Assembly: GCF_001194135.2 (NCBI RefSeq)
Contig: NC_068998.1
Span: 40,362,976 to 40,426,975, forward strand
From: Octopus bimaculoides
Lineage: Eukaryota
Direction of reading: 5' to 3'
Length of the DNA stretch: 64,000 bases
Shown here one piece after another: positions 39,381 to 53,120 of the stretch. The notes beneath the pieces are model-generated. The model was given only the letters and a program-made list of their open reading frames with translations. It was not told where the DNA came from and did no database searches. Positions within the stretch are counted from its first letter, which is position 1; the number at the start of each line of letters is the position of its first letter. Made by a program: the position numbers and the translations under genes.

Positions 39381-41015
39381 TTATATATCATCAGTGGATT
39401 ATATATTTGAAAAAGAAGCACACTCTACTGTATAGAGCAGTAATGTATTTACTCTACACCATTAGAGTCTGACAAGCCATCTATAAAGCTAAGTGCTTCA
39501 TGGATGTGAAACCATTGGTTACTCTATGATCAGACATATATTTAACTGCATGTAAATATATATATATTCTTTTATTTGTTTCAGCCATTCGGCTGCGGTC
39601 ATGCTGGAGCATAATATATATATATGTATGTATATAAACTCAAATATGGCAGTGTGGTCAAGAAGTCCACTGCACAACCATATGGTCTCAAGTTCAGTCC
39701 AACTGCATGGCACATTGATGAAGCATCTTCTATTATGGCTTCAGGCTGACCACTGTTTTGTTATTGGTCAGCCTGAGGAATTGGTTGATGGAAACTGTAT
39801 GAAAGACCATATATATGTGTGTGCATATATGTGTTTGTGCCTCTTTGTGTGCATGTGTGTGTGTGTGTGTGTGTGTGTGCATGTGTGGTGTTCTTGAAGT
39901 TGTAATTTCTGCTTCTTTGGAAGAAAATTTGTGAGCTAAACATGGTGCTGTCATGTTTACATTCCCTTCAAACATAATGTCCTGTAGCTCTGCATTTTTG
40001 AAATTCAGTAGGATATAAAATCCCTTATTTGAAAAGCAAGTTAGTGTTGGTGATAGGAAGAGCACTCCAACTGTAAAAAACTACCTCATATAAGTAACTG
40101 TCCAATCTGCACTGGTTTACAAAAATGACTGAACGAATATATAAATAGCAAACCTGCTTTCTTGTGCAAGTATGGTTAAGAGAAGTCTTAACATGTGAAG
40201 CGTCAGAGATTGGGATACTTTCATTACATTTACCCATCACTTCTCTCCAACTTGTCTTTCTTTTACTGCCCTCTCCTCACCTACCTCTCCACCTAGGATA
40301 TCTTCACTGCATTCATCCTCTGCTCTTCCCTTCCCCATCTCTGTGGTACCCTTCAGCCTCTCTCACTTTTCTCATTACATTCATCAACTGCTCCCCTATC
40401 TCCTGCCTTACTTCTCTCACTGCCCTTCTGCCCACAGCTTTTCCATCATCCCTAACACCTTCTTATTTCCCTCAGTGTGTTCCTCCCATGACGTCCTCAC
40501 TTCTTTTTCCTTCAATAATCATGTCACTATACCCTCTCTAGATCTTCAACACTTATTTCCTTCATTTCTCCTCACCTATATTCATCTTTATAATGTGGAA
40601 TAACACTGGATACACCACTACTACCCCACCAACTACACTCCCTCTCCCTTTACTCTCTTGCTCTGGACCAGTATTTTATTATCTCCTCCATCACTTAATG
40701 ATATCACTCATTTTATATTTTTGTTTCATTCATAGAGATTCTTTAGTCTTGTGAGCTATAAGGTGACCTCATTCATGCTGGAGTCACAAAGGAAAAAGAG
40801 TACCCAATAAATTTTGTAAAGTGATTGGCATTAGGAAGGGCATCCAGGTATAGAAACCATGCAAAATCAGAGCCCAGCTCAATGAATTCTGTCAAACTGT
40901 CCAACCACCCATGTCAGCATAGGAAGTGAATGTAAAATGATGAGATGATGCATATTATGTATGTATGTGTGTGTGTGTGTGTGTGTTTATATGCATGGTG
41001 TATGTTTGTATTTTT

Positions 41016-41050
<35 letters not shown>

Positions 41051-41737
41051 TAAACAAACAAACAAAAATGTGTAGAAATATGTGTGTAATATATATGTAA
41101 ATGCATGTTTTTATTTTGTATGTTTATCTTTATGTTTTTGAATCAAGATATGATAATTACCTTAAAATATACAAATACAGATGTGTGTGTGTGCATGTGT
41201 AGCCTTATATATAGACATATAGCAATATATGCTTTATATATGTTTGTGCAACATACAAACATCTAGGCATACATGTCAATATGGGTATCTATATCCTTTC
41301 ATATGTGTATATTTGTGTATGTACATGTGCATGAACACACATGCACACACACACACACACACACACATATTGTACCACTCGTTATTTTTTTCTCTCTATT
41401 TTCTGTATATAAATTAATATATTTGAACGAATAAGCATATATTAATAAATATACATATATAATCTATGCACAGTAGGGGGTAATAAGGAATGTATGTTTG
41501 CATGTATAGTTTTATGCATGACAAACTGTTTAAGAAGTTCATTTAGCAATCATGAAGTTCCTGGTTCAATACTATTGCGTGACATCTTGGACAAATGTCT
41601 TTACCCGAGCCTTGTGAGTGACATTGGTTAGACAGAAAACTGTGGCAGAAGCCCAGTCAATTGAATTGTGCTTGTATATTTTGAAGAACCAGCTTAGTCA
41701 CACTCTTGTGTCCTGCAGATTCTGCTTAAGAATAATA

Positions 41738-42203
41738 TTAACTTTTTAGTATTCAAACTAGCCATATCTGGCCCAAGTATTCAACCTGTTTTATGTTCCA
41801 ACTGGTCAGATCTGGCCTCTCACACATACCCTACAATGACTTTCTAAAAATAAACGACTACATCATTGAAATCTCGAAGCTACAAGATAACAGTTTCAAA
41901 TTTTGGCACTGGGTCACCGGATTCTGAAGGGAAGGTTAAGTCTATTACAGTGATTGGTAGTTATTTTATCAACCCCCAGTACTTGACTGGTACTTCACGG
42001 GGTGAAAGGCAAAGTGGAACTCAGCAGAATTTGAGCTCAGAATATAAAAGGCAGACGGAATGCTACTAAGCATTTTTGTCCGGTGTGCTAACAGTTCTGC
42101 CAGCTCACCATTTGAGGCTACAAGATAATGTATGATTAATAGAAAACAATGTGCACGAATAGGCTTTGTATTTGACAGAGTAATCTGAATGCTAAAGAGT
42201 TGA
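41738..42203. mobile_element. piggyBac-like MITE (family 1) interrupted by a minus-strand SINE-A at about 41891-42116
   Basis: TTAA-ctttttagtatt ... aatgctaaagagttga termini; the SINE is flanked by a 12-bp TSD GCTACAAGATAA (41879-41890 and 42117-42128). Confidence 0.8.
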
Positions 42204-42372
42204 GGATGAACATCTCTGTGGAATATTCAGCCACTTTGCATGCTAATTCAGTGAGTTAGTAGTTCAGTTAATTGAACAACTGGAATAATCATCATTGAAG
42301 CCAACAGAAATTTTTATACTTTTCTTTGTATGTATGTATGTATGCATGTATGTGTACGTACATGTGTATTTG

Positions 42373-42407
<35 letters not shown>

Positions 42408-42718
42408 ATACAGAGAGAAAGAGAGACGTGGGTAGTGAGTGATTGTGTGTATGTGAATGAGCATATGTGTCTTTTGTGTTTCATTTAGACAAGTAATGTT
42501 ATTTCTATTTTAAATAAATAAATAAATAAATAAATAAAGTGTATAAATATTGCTGGAATTGTAAATATGTCATTTGCATATGTTAAGAGACAGCTATCCT
42601 ATAGATAAAACTTTGTATGCATTGTCAGTAACATACATACATATGTAACATGCATGTACTCAAACATATCTATGCACACACACATATATGTGTATGAATG
42701 GATATATATGTAATACAT

Positions 42719-42776
<58 letters not shown>

Positions 42777-42786
42777 NNNNNNNNNN

Positions 42787-42821
<35 letters not shown>

Positions 42822-42910
42822 CATACATACATACTTACATACATAAATCTTTAAATCTTTAAATTGTTTCAGCTTCAAAGCTGCAGTCATGCTGGGATAT
42901 CACTGTTCCA

Positions 42911-42984
<74 letters not shown>

Positions 42985-45900
42985 ATTTTAAAATATATAA
43001 ATGGAGGAGGAGTAGGGAGACATATGTATATGTGTCTGATGTTGTTTGTGTTGGTACTTGGAGTTTCGTGTTATACCCATAACCATTTGTCAGGCAACAA
43101 ACAGTTTTCATTGCCTTACTAAACATGTATAATGTGAACCTATGAGTAGCACTTACAAAGGTACCTACTACATACATTAATTCTACTCTAAAATGTGTGT
43201 ATGTGTCTATTATTTCACATATAATTAACCCCATGAGACCAAGGCTAAGCACTCACCCACTCACTCTTTAAAAGGCTTCTAGTGGTTTTCACTGACTTAT
43301 ATAATCATCAACACTAATACAGCCCATTTTTATTACACACATACATATATTCATACATATAATACATATGTAGCAGAGTTGATATACACATATATGTGTG
43401 TGTGTTTGTGTATAAAGTTATACCTACACACATACACAAACACATAACTGGTATAACCTTCATATATGGAGGTGAGTTGTGTCAAAGCCAAATGTAGTGA
43501 AATCTGATAGTTTAGTAATTAACCTTTATGTAGAACTCTTCTTTAATGAAAATAGAGACAAAGCAAACATTAATGAAATCAAGAAGAAGACTTCAAAGAC
43601 TAAAGAGTGAAACATTTGTTATTCTGTTATCAAAGAAGCCATTTTGATATTGTGTCTTCTGCTCTGAATTCCCAACAGATAATCAATATTCTGCCTTGAA
43701 GGATGGAATTTCCTATATGAAAAAGAACACATCTCAAAATAACTACAGGGAAATCACTAAAGTCATTAAAGAATGTAAATTTATAACGAGACATTAAGGA
43801 TATCTTAGAATACTGTTTACTGCAATCTTGTGGCTTGATTTACTCCCTTTCTTATGCTAACTAGATTTCTTCATCTGCTGTTTCTCTTCTTCTTCTTCTT
43901 CTTTTCAATGACCCCTTTCAAATTTCAGCTTTCTAAATGACCGATAGTGTTAAAGATCAAAACAGTGTTGCTTGGTCATTGAAAATAATTTTCATTTGAT
44001 GTGAAATCTCGTTAGTCAGTTGAAGATTGTTTATTGCCGCTTTTGTTAAAAATATATTATCGGTTATTCAATGAATATTGTTGTCAGTGTTGTTTTTCGT
44101 TGACCAACTAAGTAAATAAGGCAGTTTCATTATGTTGGCTAAGTTAGTTGAAGAGGTCTTTGTTAAATACTGATTGATTACTGAAATATTGCCACTGCGT
44201 TAAGTAAATAACACTCAAAAATTTCGACTGATCGCTTAAAGAAATAGAGGCCTTCTGAATATACAATGTTGTTTTACAAGCCAATGAAAAAGCCTCTGCA
44301 TAGTTGCTTGGTCAGCTAGAAATAGCAGCCAAATCTCCCTCACATCACACTTTATCACCTTTAAAGTGGAAGGATACACTGAATAACATACTCCTAGAGA
44401 TACTGGAGTAAAAAGGTGAGACGGTCACAGCTGGAATTCTTTTGATTATAGATCTGTTCGATCAGGACAGATGACATTGTTTTCCAAAAATTCATTTATT
44501 GTTCTTTGAAATAATATTGGTCTGTTGGTCAGTTAAATCAATCAACAACACTGTCTTACATTAAATATCTATTGATCAGTCAAATATTGTTTATCTATTA
44601 TTGTCATTCACGTAAACAACATTGCCAATTTTATTAAAAAAAAAATTTTTTTTATCAGCTAAGCAAGCCACACTTGTTAAATATGTATGAGTAACTCAAT
44701 GTTTTTTTTTTTCCTGTTAGTTTGTGAGTTATATAAAACTGACATTGTTACAAGCCATTCAGTTAAAACTGTTTTCTATTGGTTGGTTAAATAAACAACT
44801 CTGCACTCTTTTGGTTGGTGATAGCAAAATGTTCTAATGGTCAGCATTGGTTATAATGGCTATGCTATTACATCATTTGTGTGTATATCCCTTTTGAAGA
44901 CCAGTAGCTCTGCTTGTCTTGTTTACCTAACAAACTAGTCCCACTTCTAATTTGCAGTTAAATTGTTAGTAGTAGGAAGAGTTTCCAAAGGCTGCTGTTG
45001 TTGTTGTTGATGGTGGGGGGGAGCTGCTGCTGCTGTTTAGCCCCAGTTTAGACCTGATCATGTGCATCTATGATCAAATGCGTTCTGATCATGACCATCA
45101 CATATTTTATTTGTGCATTTGAATCTAAAACTATATCATTCAATGTGTCTTTTTTGTTTTTCCCTTTTTAATGGCAAGAAAGGATTTGAGGGTTTCAGCT
45201 GCTATTTCTAGAGGTTGACTGACCACAAGGAGTCTCTGTCTTTATACTGTGTGGTATCATGTAGCAAGACTCAATAGATGCTATAATATATTGTATGATA
45301 TCAATGTACAACTGAATTCTGACATAGCTACAAGGTCTTGACTCAAATATTGATTTCAAATTTTGGCACAAGGCCACCAACTTGGGGGAAAAGTAAGTTG
45401 ATTACATCAACCCAGTGTTCAACTGGTACTTGTTTTATCAACCCTGTAAAGATGGAAGGCAAAGTCAACCTCAGTGAAATTTGAACTCAAAACGTAAAGA
45501 CAATCAAAAAGCATTTTGCCTGGTGTGCTCACAGTTCTACTTATATGCTGCCTTCCTTGACTCAAATATCGGCAGTGGTTATAGTTAAGATCAACTTAAA
45601 CCACTGCCAAACTATTGTATTTTATTTCATCAAATTTAGCCTTGATAAGAAAAATGATTTACTTTGCTTACGCTACAGATTTTTTGTTTACTAAAAACAC
45701 ACATTTGTAAATTTATAGTACATTTTGTCTTATCCCACTAATATATTGTATTTTTATTAATTAATTAATTTGTGTAGCCAGTGTTTGCACTGTTGTGTAA
45801 ATTAAAAATTTAGTTCTGTCCAAGTGTGCACATACTCTAAATAGCTATAAGCTACTATCTTCTCTATGACCAAGAATTGGTAACCAATTTCTGATGAAGC

Positions 45901-46373
45901 TTTACTATAGACTGAAACTAATTAGATCACTCTTTTGTTCTGGCTCCAAAAAGAAAAACTTGTGATTTAACCACAATCTGTTTACTAAGAATACAACTTT
46001 ATAAGTCTATCTTATAAAGATAGACTTTATCTTTATCTATCTTATATTTTTGCTTAGCTCAATACTATATAGTACTTCACTTACTTCTCTCTCTCTCTCC
46101 TCTCTCTCTCCTCTCTCTATCTCTCACCTCTCTTCTCTCTCACATACAAACACACACACACATCTTGATTTTTAGAAGATGGTATGTTGTATTCCTGTAT
46201 GTAATAAGCAAATAAAAAGTTAGCATCAGAAGGAGCATCTGACTAAAAACACTGACTGTTTCAATATGTCCCATCCAACCCATAACAGAATAGAAAGATG
46301 AATGTAAAGAAGACGATGTGTATGTGTGTATGCATATACATATATATATTATACATACTCTCACACATACACT

Positions 46374-46431
<58 letters not shown>

Positions 46432-46809
46432 AGCATGTATGTATATTTATCCTCTCTTTCATTCTCTCCTCTGTTCTCTTAGATTCTTTTCTAAGAAAAA
46501 AAAAACATTCATATATTAATTCCATTGTAGTTCATTAGTAACATGAAGTTAATTCAATTTGAAATGTGAAGAAACAACACTGACATTAATTAGTGCAGCC
46601 TATAATTATTAACGAACTAAATTAACCATGCTGAGAGCCTAGACATTGCGATGGTAATGTGAGAGAGGATGAGGGGAGAGATTTTCTTGTTTACTTAATA
46701 ATTACATTTTCTACATGTTTATGCTCGTTCTACGCTGAGTAAATATTATTGCTGTTTCTTCTGTTCACTTTAAAAACACTTTGACCTTCATCGTTTGGAT
46801 TTCACTTAA

Positions 46810-47225
46810 AATTAAGTGCGGTTAAGAAGCTTGCTTCCCAACCATCTGGCCTTGGATTCAGTCACTCTGCGTGGAACCTTGGCAAAGTGTCTTTCTACTG
46901 TGGGTTCATGCCAACCAAAGTCTTGAATGGATTTGCTTAACAGAAACTGAAAGAAACTTGATGTGTGTGTGTGTGTGTGTGTGTGTGTCTGTCTGTCTGT
47001 CTGTGTCTTTGTATCTTATCGGCCCAGCTCCCACTGCCACTACTTGACAAATGGTGTTGGTTTGTTTACATGCCTGTAACTTGGTGGTTTTTCAAAAGAG
47101 ACCAATTGAATATGTACCAGGCTTTAAGAAAAATAAGTACTGGGTCAATTGTTTGATTTAATCTGTTCAATGTTGTGCTCCAGCATGGCCACAGTCCAAT
47201 GACTGACATGGGCAAAAGAGAAAAG
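46810..47225 (+). mobile_element. CORE-type SINE (family B), full length
   Basis: tRNA-like head, CORE-like segment, aaaagagaaaaga tail. Confidence 0.8.
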
Positions 47226-47588
47226 ATTGAGAGAGTTATTAGATCACTGACTTATTGTCTGACAGCTCGCTGGTTCAAGTGTTGACTCAGGTGCTTTGCT
47301 GTGCCACTAGCACAGATGCTTGTCACTTTCTGGCTCACTCCATTTAGCTGTATGTAGGGACCAATGAAAAGTATAGTTTCTTAGGGAGCACTACAACTCA
47401 GCAAATGAAAACTCAACAGGTAACACTTCAGCAAGTGCCGCAATTTAGCAAGCAAGCAATTGCTGATTTGAAGCATTTGCTATTTTGACAAGGCTTACTG
47501 AGTTGGCCACTTGCAGAAATTGGCAACTTGCTTAATTCATACTTGTTATGTTAGTGCTTGCTAAGTTATGGCACTTGCTAAAATGTTA

Positions 47589-47948
47589 CTTACTCTTTTA
47601 CTCTTTTACTTGTTTCAGTCATTTGACTGCGGCCATGCTGGAGCACCGCCTTTAGTCGAGAAAATCGACCCCAGGACTTATTCTTTGGATGCCTAGTACT
47701 TATTCTATAGGTCTCTTTTGCCAAACCGCTAAGTTACGGGGACGTAAACACACTAGCATCGGTTGTCAAGTGATGTTGGGGAGGGGACAAACACATACAT
47801 ACATATATATATACATATATACGACAAGGCTTTGGTCGGCCCGAGGCTATAGTAGAAGACACTTGCCCAAGGTGTCATGCAGTGGGAATGAAACCGGAAC
47901 CATGTGGTTGGTAAGCAAGCTACTTACCACACAGCCACTCCTGCACCT
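47589..47948 (-). mobile_element. CORE-type SINE (family B), young CpG-retaining copy
   Basis: Very close to 8693-9103; retains CpGs. Confidence 0.9.
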
Positions 47949-49449
47949 TAAGTTTTTAATTAATGCGTTAGGGTGTAATGAGTTCCATTAGCTTTAAATT
48001 AGAATGTTGGTAGAGTTAGTAGAGTCCAACTAATTGCAAAAGTTGATGTGATGGTTTAGTCCACCTTTTTATATAAGTATCATGTGAATACACAGTCATC
48101 ATAGCTGTGAATAGGAACTTTAAAATATTACAGTTTAACTAAATTGTGCATCAGTACCATGGAATGATACAATCAGTTTAATTATAAAGATATGCCACAT
48201 GTGAAAATGCATAGCCCAGGCACTTCATTTCACGTTGTTCCAACCTATTTAACTGAAAATGTTTGTTAACTGCAGAGAGGCAACTTGCAGATACTCAGAA
48301 CTATCAAAGGCCCTTGACATTTTGCAACTGCAAGATGTCAATGGCCTTTGATAGTTTACAACACACAGAAGGAGGAGGAGGTGGGTTATGTTGATGGTGG
48401 TGGTGGTGGTGGTGGTGGTGGTGGTGGCGGCGGCAGTGGTGGTGGTGATGGTGGCGACAGCAGTGGCAGTAGTGGCAGCCTGGAGGATGGGTAGGAAATA
48501 CCATGTAGATATGCAGTCCATTTAGCTGTGTATAGGTATCATGTGGAGGTATATTGCACAATTATAAGCAGCACAGAACACTAAGTAACTGACATAGATT
48601 TTGTAGTTTGATAAACCTGCTGATAGACACTTGTTCTTACCCTTATTATGTAACACTGCGAAATCTAGAGTACATATCCCCTCTTATGTATGATACCTCA
48701 CTGAGGCTGGGAATGTACATATCCAAATATATAATATTGTACCAAGGAAGGACTTTCTATTTCTTATTCTACTATATATATATACATATNNNNNNNNNNN
48801 NNNNNNNNNNNNNNNNNNNNNNNNNNNNNNNNNNNNNNNNNNNNNNNNNNNNNNNNNNNNNNNNNNNNNNNNNNNNNNNNNNNNNNNNNNNNNNNNNNNN
48901 NNNNNNNNNNNNNNNNNNNNNNNNNNNNNNNNNNNNNNNNNNNNNNNNNNNNNNNNNNNNNNNNNNNNNNNNNNNNNNNNNNNNNNNNNNNNNNNNNNNN
49001 NNNNNNNNNNNNNNNNNNNNNNNNNNNNNNNNNNNNNNNNNNNNNNNNNNNNNNNNNNNNNNNNNNNNNNNNNNNNNNNNNNNNNNNNNNNNNNNNNNNN
49101 NNNNNNNNNNNNNNNNNNNNNNNNNNNNNNNNNNNNNNNNNNNNNNNNNNNNNNNNNNNNNNNNNNNNNNNNNNNNNNNNNNNNNNNNNNNNNNNNNNNN
49201 NNNNNNNNNNNNNNNNNNNNNNNNNNNNNNNNNNNNNNNNNNNNNNNNNNNNNNNNNNNNNNNNNNNNNNNNNNNNNNNNNNNNNNNTTGTGTTGTTTGT
49301 CTCGTTTTCCATTTGTGTCTTTCATTGTTCGAGAAAATAGTTCATATTCCATGTACTTGTATCTTTTGTTGTACACGTTTCGTGACGTCCTGTGCCCATA
49401 TATGCATATATATATGTATGTATAACAATAAACAAACTGTCTATGAGGA

Positions 49450-49640
49450 ACGAATATGACTACAAGCCCAGCCATTGAGCCATACTCCCAACTAGCCGAA
49501 CAACCAACCTACCAGCCAACCAGCCAGCCAGCTAGCCAGCCAGTCAGTCAGTCAGTCAGTCAGTCAGTCAGTCAGTCAGTCAGTCAGTCAGTCAGTCAGT
49601 CAGTCAGTCAACCAACCCACCAACCAACCAACTGACCCGC
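49450..49640. repeat. Compound tetranucleotide array (CCAG/CAGT/CCAA)n
   Basis: Direct reading of the sequence. Confidence 0.9.
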
Positions 49641-51339
49641 ACGTCTGCCAGCTATCTAATTGGTATGCACCACCATCACTTGGACAACACAAACTGACCC
49701 AACTCATCTACTTCAGAACCAGCTATAAATCCATATGGTTATCCAAAGTGTCAGCAGTCTATTCCCTCAAGAACTCAGTAATTTTGGCTTTGGTATTCTA
49801 CAACAACAACCACAAAACTGTAACAGTAGTAAGAATAACTATATCAGTAGAGGTGGCAGCGATGGCTGTAGGAAGTAGCAATGGTAAATGAGGTTATAAT
49901 TTATGACCGCCATTAAGTCAGTGCTATTGGTCACTTGATGCATTCTCCCTCACCACCATCACCACCACCACCACCACCATCCTGCTATCTCTTAATCACA
50001 GCAACATCACCACTACTACTACGCCTCCTACTGTTATGACCATCATCATCACTATCACAGCTACCACTAACGTCACCACCACCACAATCCAATTACTGTC
50101 AATAATACCATTAACATCACCACTACGGTCATCACTACTACTACTGCTGCTGCTGCTGCTACTAAAAAGCTACCATTATCACCACCTACATTCCTATCAC
50201 ACCAAAGTAACTACCACTACTACTAATACCACCTTCATCATTACTACAAACACTACCACTTCTACCAACACAACCTGACCACTATCACAAACACTACCAC
50301 CTTAACTAGTTTACTCTTGACCATTTGTTTAATATTCCAGAACATGTCCATCTCCTTATATGAACATTGTCCACTATTATGCTAAGGAATTGTGGTGGGG
50401 GGAGTAGCATTTGTTTGCTTCTTTCGTTTTTTTTATGTATATTTTAAAAGAACATCTTAGTTCTATCTTTTTTATGTCCTGAGTTCAGTATTTTTACCCC
50501 CACCTCCACCACTACCACCACCACCACCATAATTCTGGGACTGATAAAATAAGAACCAGTGAAGTGCTGAGATCAATATAAAAACAAGAGAATAGAAGCT
50601 TTACAAATAGCAAAACAAAAATAGAAGCAAAAATCAAATCACAGGCACTACACCTGTGGAATAAACTATGAAAGTTAATCATGAAACAATGTTAGGTCTG
50701 GCGATGATGATTTTGTCAGTTACAACATTATTTCTATGATCCCTTGCTGCTTGCTACAAAATGCAGCAATAATAGTATCACCGTCATTGCTTCATTCAGA
50801 AGATAATTCTGGGAAGGAGATGGTCTTGGAACATTAATAGACCTGAGATGTTTTTGTTCTGAACTAATCAGGGAGAACTAATAAGGAACTATGAAAAAAA
50901 TATTCATTACCCAAAAAGATTATGCCTTCAATATCATGTGTGTATACTCCCTGGACACTGTGGCTGTTTCAGAAATGCAATGAACCTTGTTATTGGCCTT
51001 GTTATAAACATATAATCAATGATGACTATCTTTCACCAACACAACTATTACTACCTTCAATGTTACCTCTGCCATTACCTCATCTACGACCATTAGCAAA
51101 GTATAAGACCATAATGGATCTGTTGTTCATATTAAGGTGATATGTTGGAAATGTTGGTGTGATATAAGCATCATAATCATCATAATAATGATGGTAATAT
51201 ATTCATAGCTTATTAACAGCTGAGCAGCATTTTTCTTGCAAAAAAAACAGGGAGCTAGATTACTCTTTAATGCATGACATACACTACCAACAGATACAAA
51301 CACCTCTTGTACTGTATAATAGTTACAGGTAGCTAACTG

Positions 51340-52070
51340 CACTGGCCAGTTTCTACTTTTGTACTGCAGATATTAGTTACATATACCAACTGTACTGTAT
51401 GGTCATCTCCTGTAGTGTAGAATGATATACAAATACTGTACTATACTGTAGAGAAAGGTATAAATACCTGGTATAAGTAGCTAGAGACATCCACAATACT
51501 GTGCAAATAGCTTCATACATTGATTGCACAGTACAAATGTCTATTTGTACTGTACAGTCAACAGCTACTGTACCAACAGAGACAAACCCATACTGTACTG
51601 ATAGCTGCAGATACCCATTTACTGTACTGTGCAAACAGCCAAACATAAACAGTACTGTACAGGTAGCTTCATACACTAAATATGCAATACCAATTTTTAT
51701 AGGTAGCTACTATATTGTATGGATATATATACTGTACAGTTAGCTGTACACATGTATAGTATTATTTGTACTTGTACAGTACAGATAGCTATTATACAGT
51801 AGAGGTGCTAGTTACAGACATACAACAGCTACTGAACTCTACAGTACAGATGTTACCTCCCAGCATCAAGTATCTGCTGCATTGTTCAGGTAGCTACTGC
51901 TCTGTGCAGTCTCTACTGCACTATAGTTATAGCTACTGTACTGCAGAGATAGCAGCAAAAGACACCTTGTACAGATAGATAGCTACTACTGCACTGTAAC
52001 AGCAGATATCTAGAGCAACAAGGCTGTGACTGCAGTGTAATACAATTACCTATTGATTACATAAAACAGT
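51340..52070. repeat. Degenerate satellite-like region rich in ACTGTAC and TAGCTAC
   Basis: Dozens of recurrences of the two cores over about 700 bp. Confidence 0.7.
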
Positions 52071-52629
52071 GTNNNNNNNNNNNNNNNNNNNNNNNNNNNN
52101 NNNNNNNNNNNNNNNNNNNNNNNNNNNNNNNNNNNNNNNNNNNNNNNNNNNNNNNNNNNNNNNNNNNNNNNNNNNNNNNNNNNNNNNNNNNNNNNNNNNN
52201 NNNNNNNNNNNNNNNNNNNNNNNNNNNNNNNNNNNNNNNNNNNNNNNNNNNNNNNNNNNNNNNNNNNNNNNNNNAAGGCTGTGACTGCAGTGTAATACAA
52301 TTACCTATTGATTACATAAAACAGTGTACTTTTAGGTGAGAATTGTAAAAGGTCACTGAAATATTTAGAATTGTCTACTATAAAGCAGCTTCTCAGCACA
52401 TTGTCACATTGGTCGAGAAGATGACTGCTGGCTATTCTTAAAAAGAGGTGTGTGTGTGTGCGTGTGTGTGTGTGTGTGTGCATGTGCGTGTGTGTGTGTG
52501 TGTGCGCATGCACGTGTGTGTACATACACACACACATATTAAAAGGAATTTCTCAAGGTACAAATCAAAATATCTTAATTCAATCTCAATATATGAACAA
52601 AAAAAGCACAATGTTAAGGATGATGCTCT

Positions 52630-53120
52630 AATATGATGTGGGTGTGTGATAAGAAGTTTGCTTCCCACCGACATGTTTCCAGGTTCAGTCCCAATGCATG
52701 GCACCTTGAGCAAGTGTCTTCTACTCTGAATTTGGGCTAACCAAAGCTTTGTGAGTGGATTTGGTAGACAGAAACTGAAAGAAGCCCATCGTTTATTCAT
52801 ATGTATGAGTATGTCATTTGGTCTCTGTTTGTCCCCCACCACCACTTGACAACCAGTGTTGGTGTATTTACATCCCCGTAACTTAGCTGTTTGGCAAAAG
52901 AGACTTTAGGAAAGTGTCTTTTACTATAGCCCCAGGCTGTCTAAAGCCTTGTGAGTGGATTTGGTTAATAAAACTGAAAAGAACTCCCTTTGTGTGTGTT
53001 TGTGTGTGTGTCTCCCTATCGTGTGTGTGTCTCCCTATCGTGTGTGTGTGTGTGTGTGTGTATGTGTGTCTCCCTGTAGCTTAGTGGTTTTCCAATAGTG
53101 ACTGATAGGATGAGTACCAG
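52630..53120 (+). mobile_element. Two tandem CORE-type SINE (family B) copies; another minus-strand copy at about 55140-55520
   Basis: Head/CORE/body motifs repeated. Confidence 0.8.

Noticed and set aside
43520-43800. Lys/Asn-rich broken frames resembling a PLE N-terminus
   Set aside because: Too degenerate to assign without a search.
45880-45927. CUGAUGA-A...GAAAC hammerhead-like string
   Set aside because: Stem II has a mismatch, and stem I/III and the cleavage triplet cannot be placed cleanly; at best a very old copy.
46003-46027. 11-bp hairpin AAGTCTATCTT-ata-AAGATAGACTT
   Set aside because: Lies in TATC/GATA-rich low-complexity sequence where such palindromes arise readily.
52018-52326. 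53-bp direct repeat either side of an N gap
   Set aside because: Typical unmerged contig overlap, i.e. an assembly artefact.
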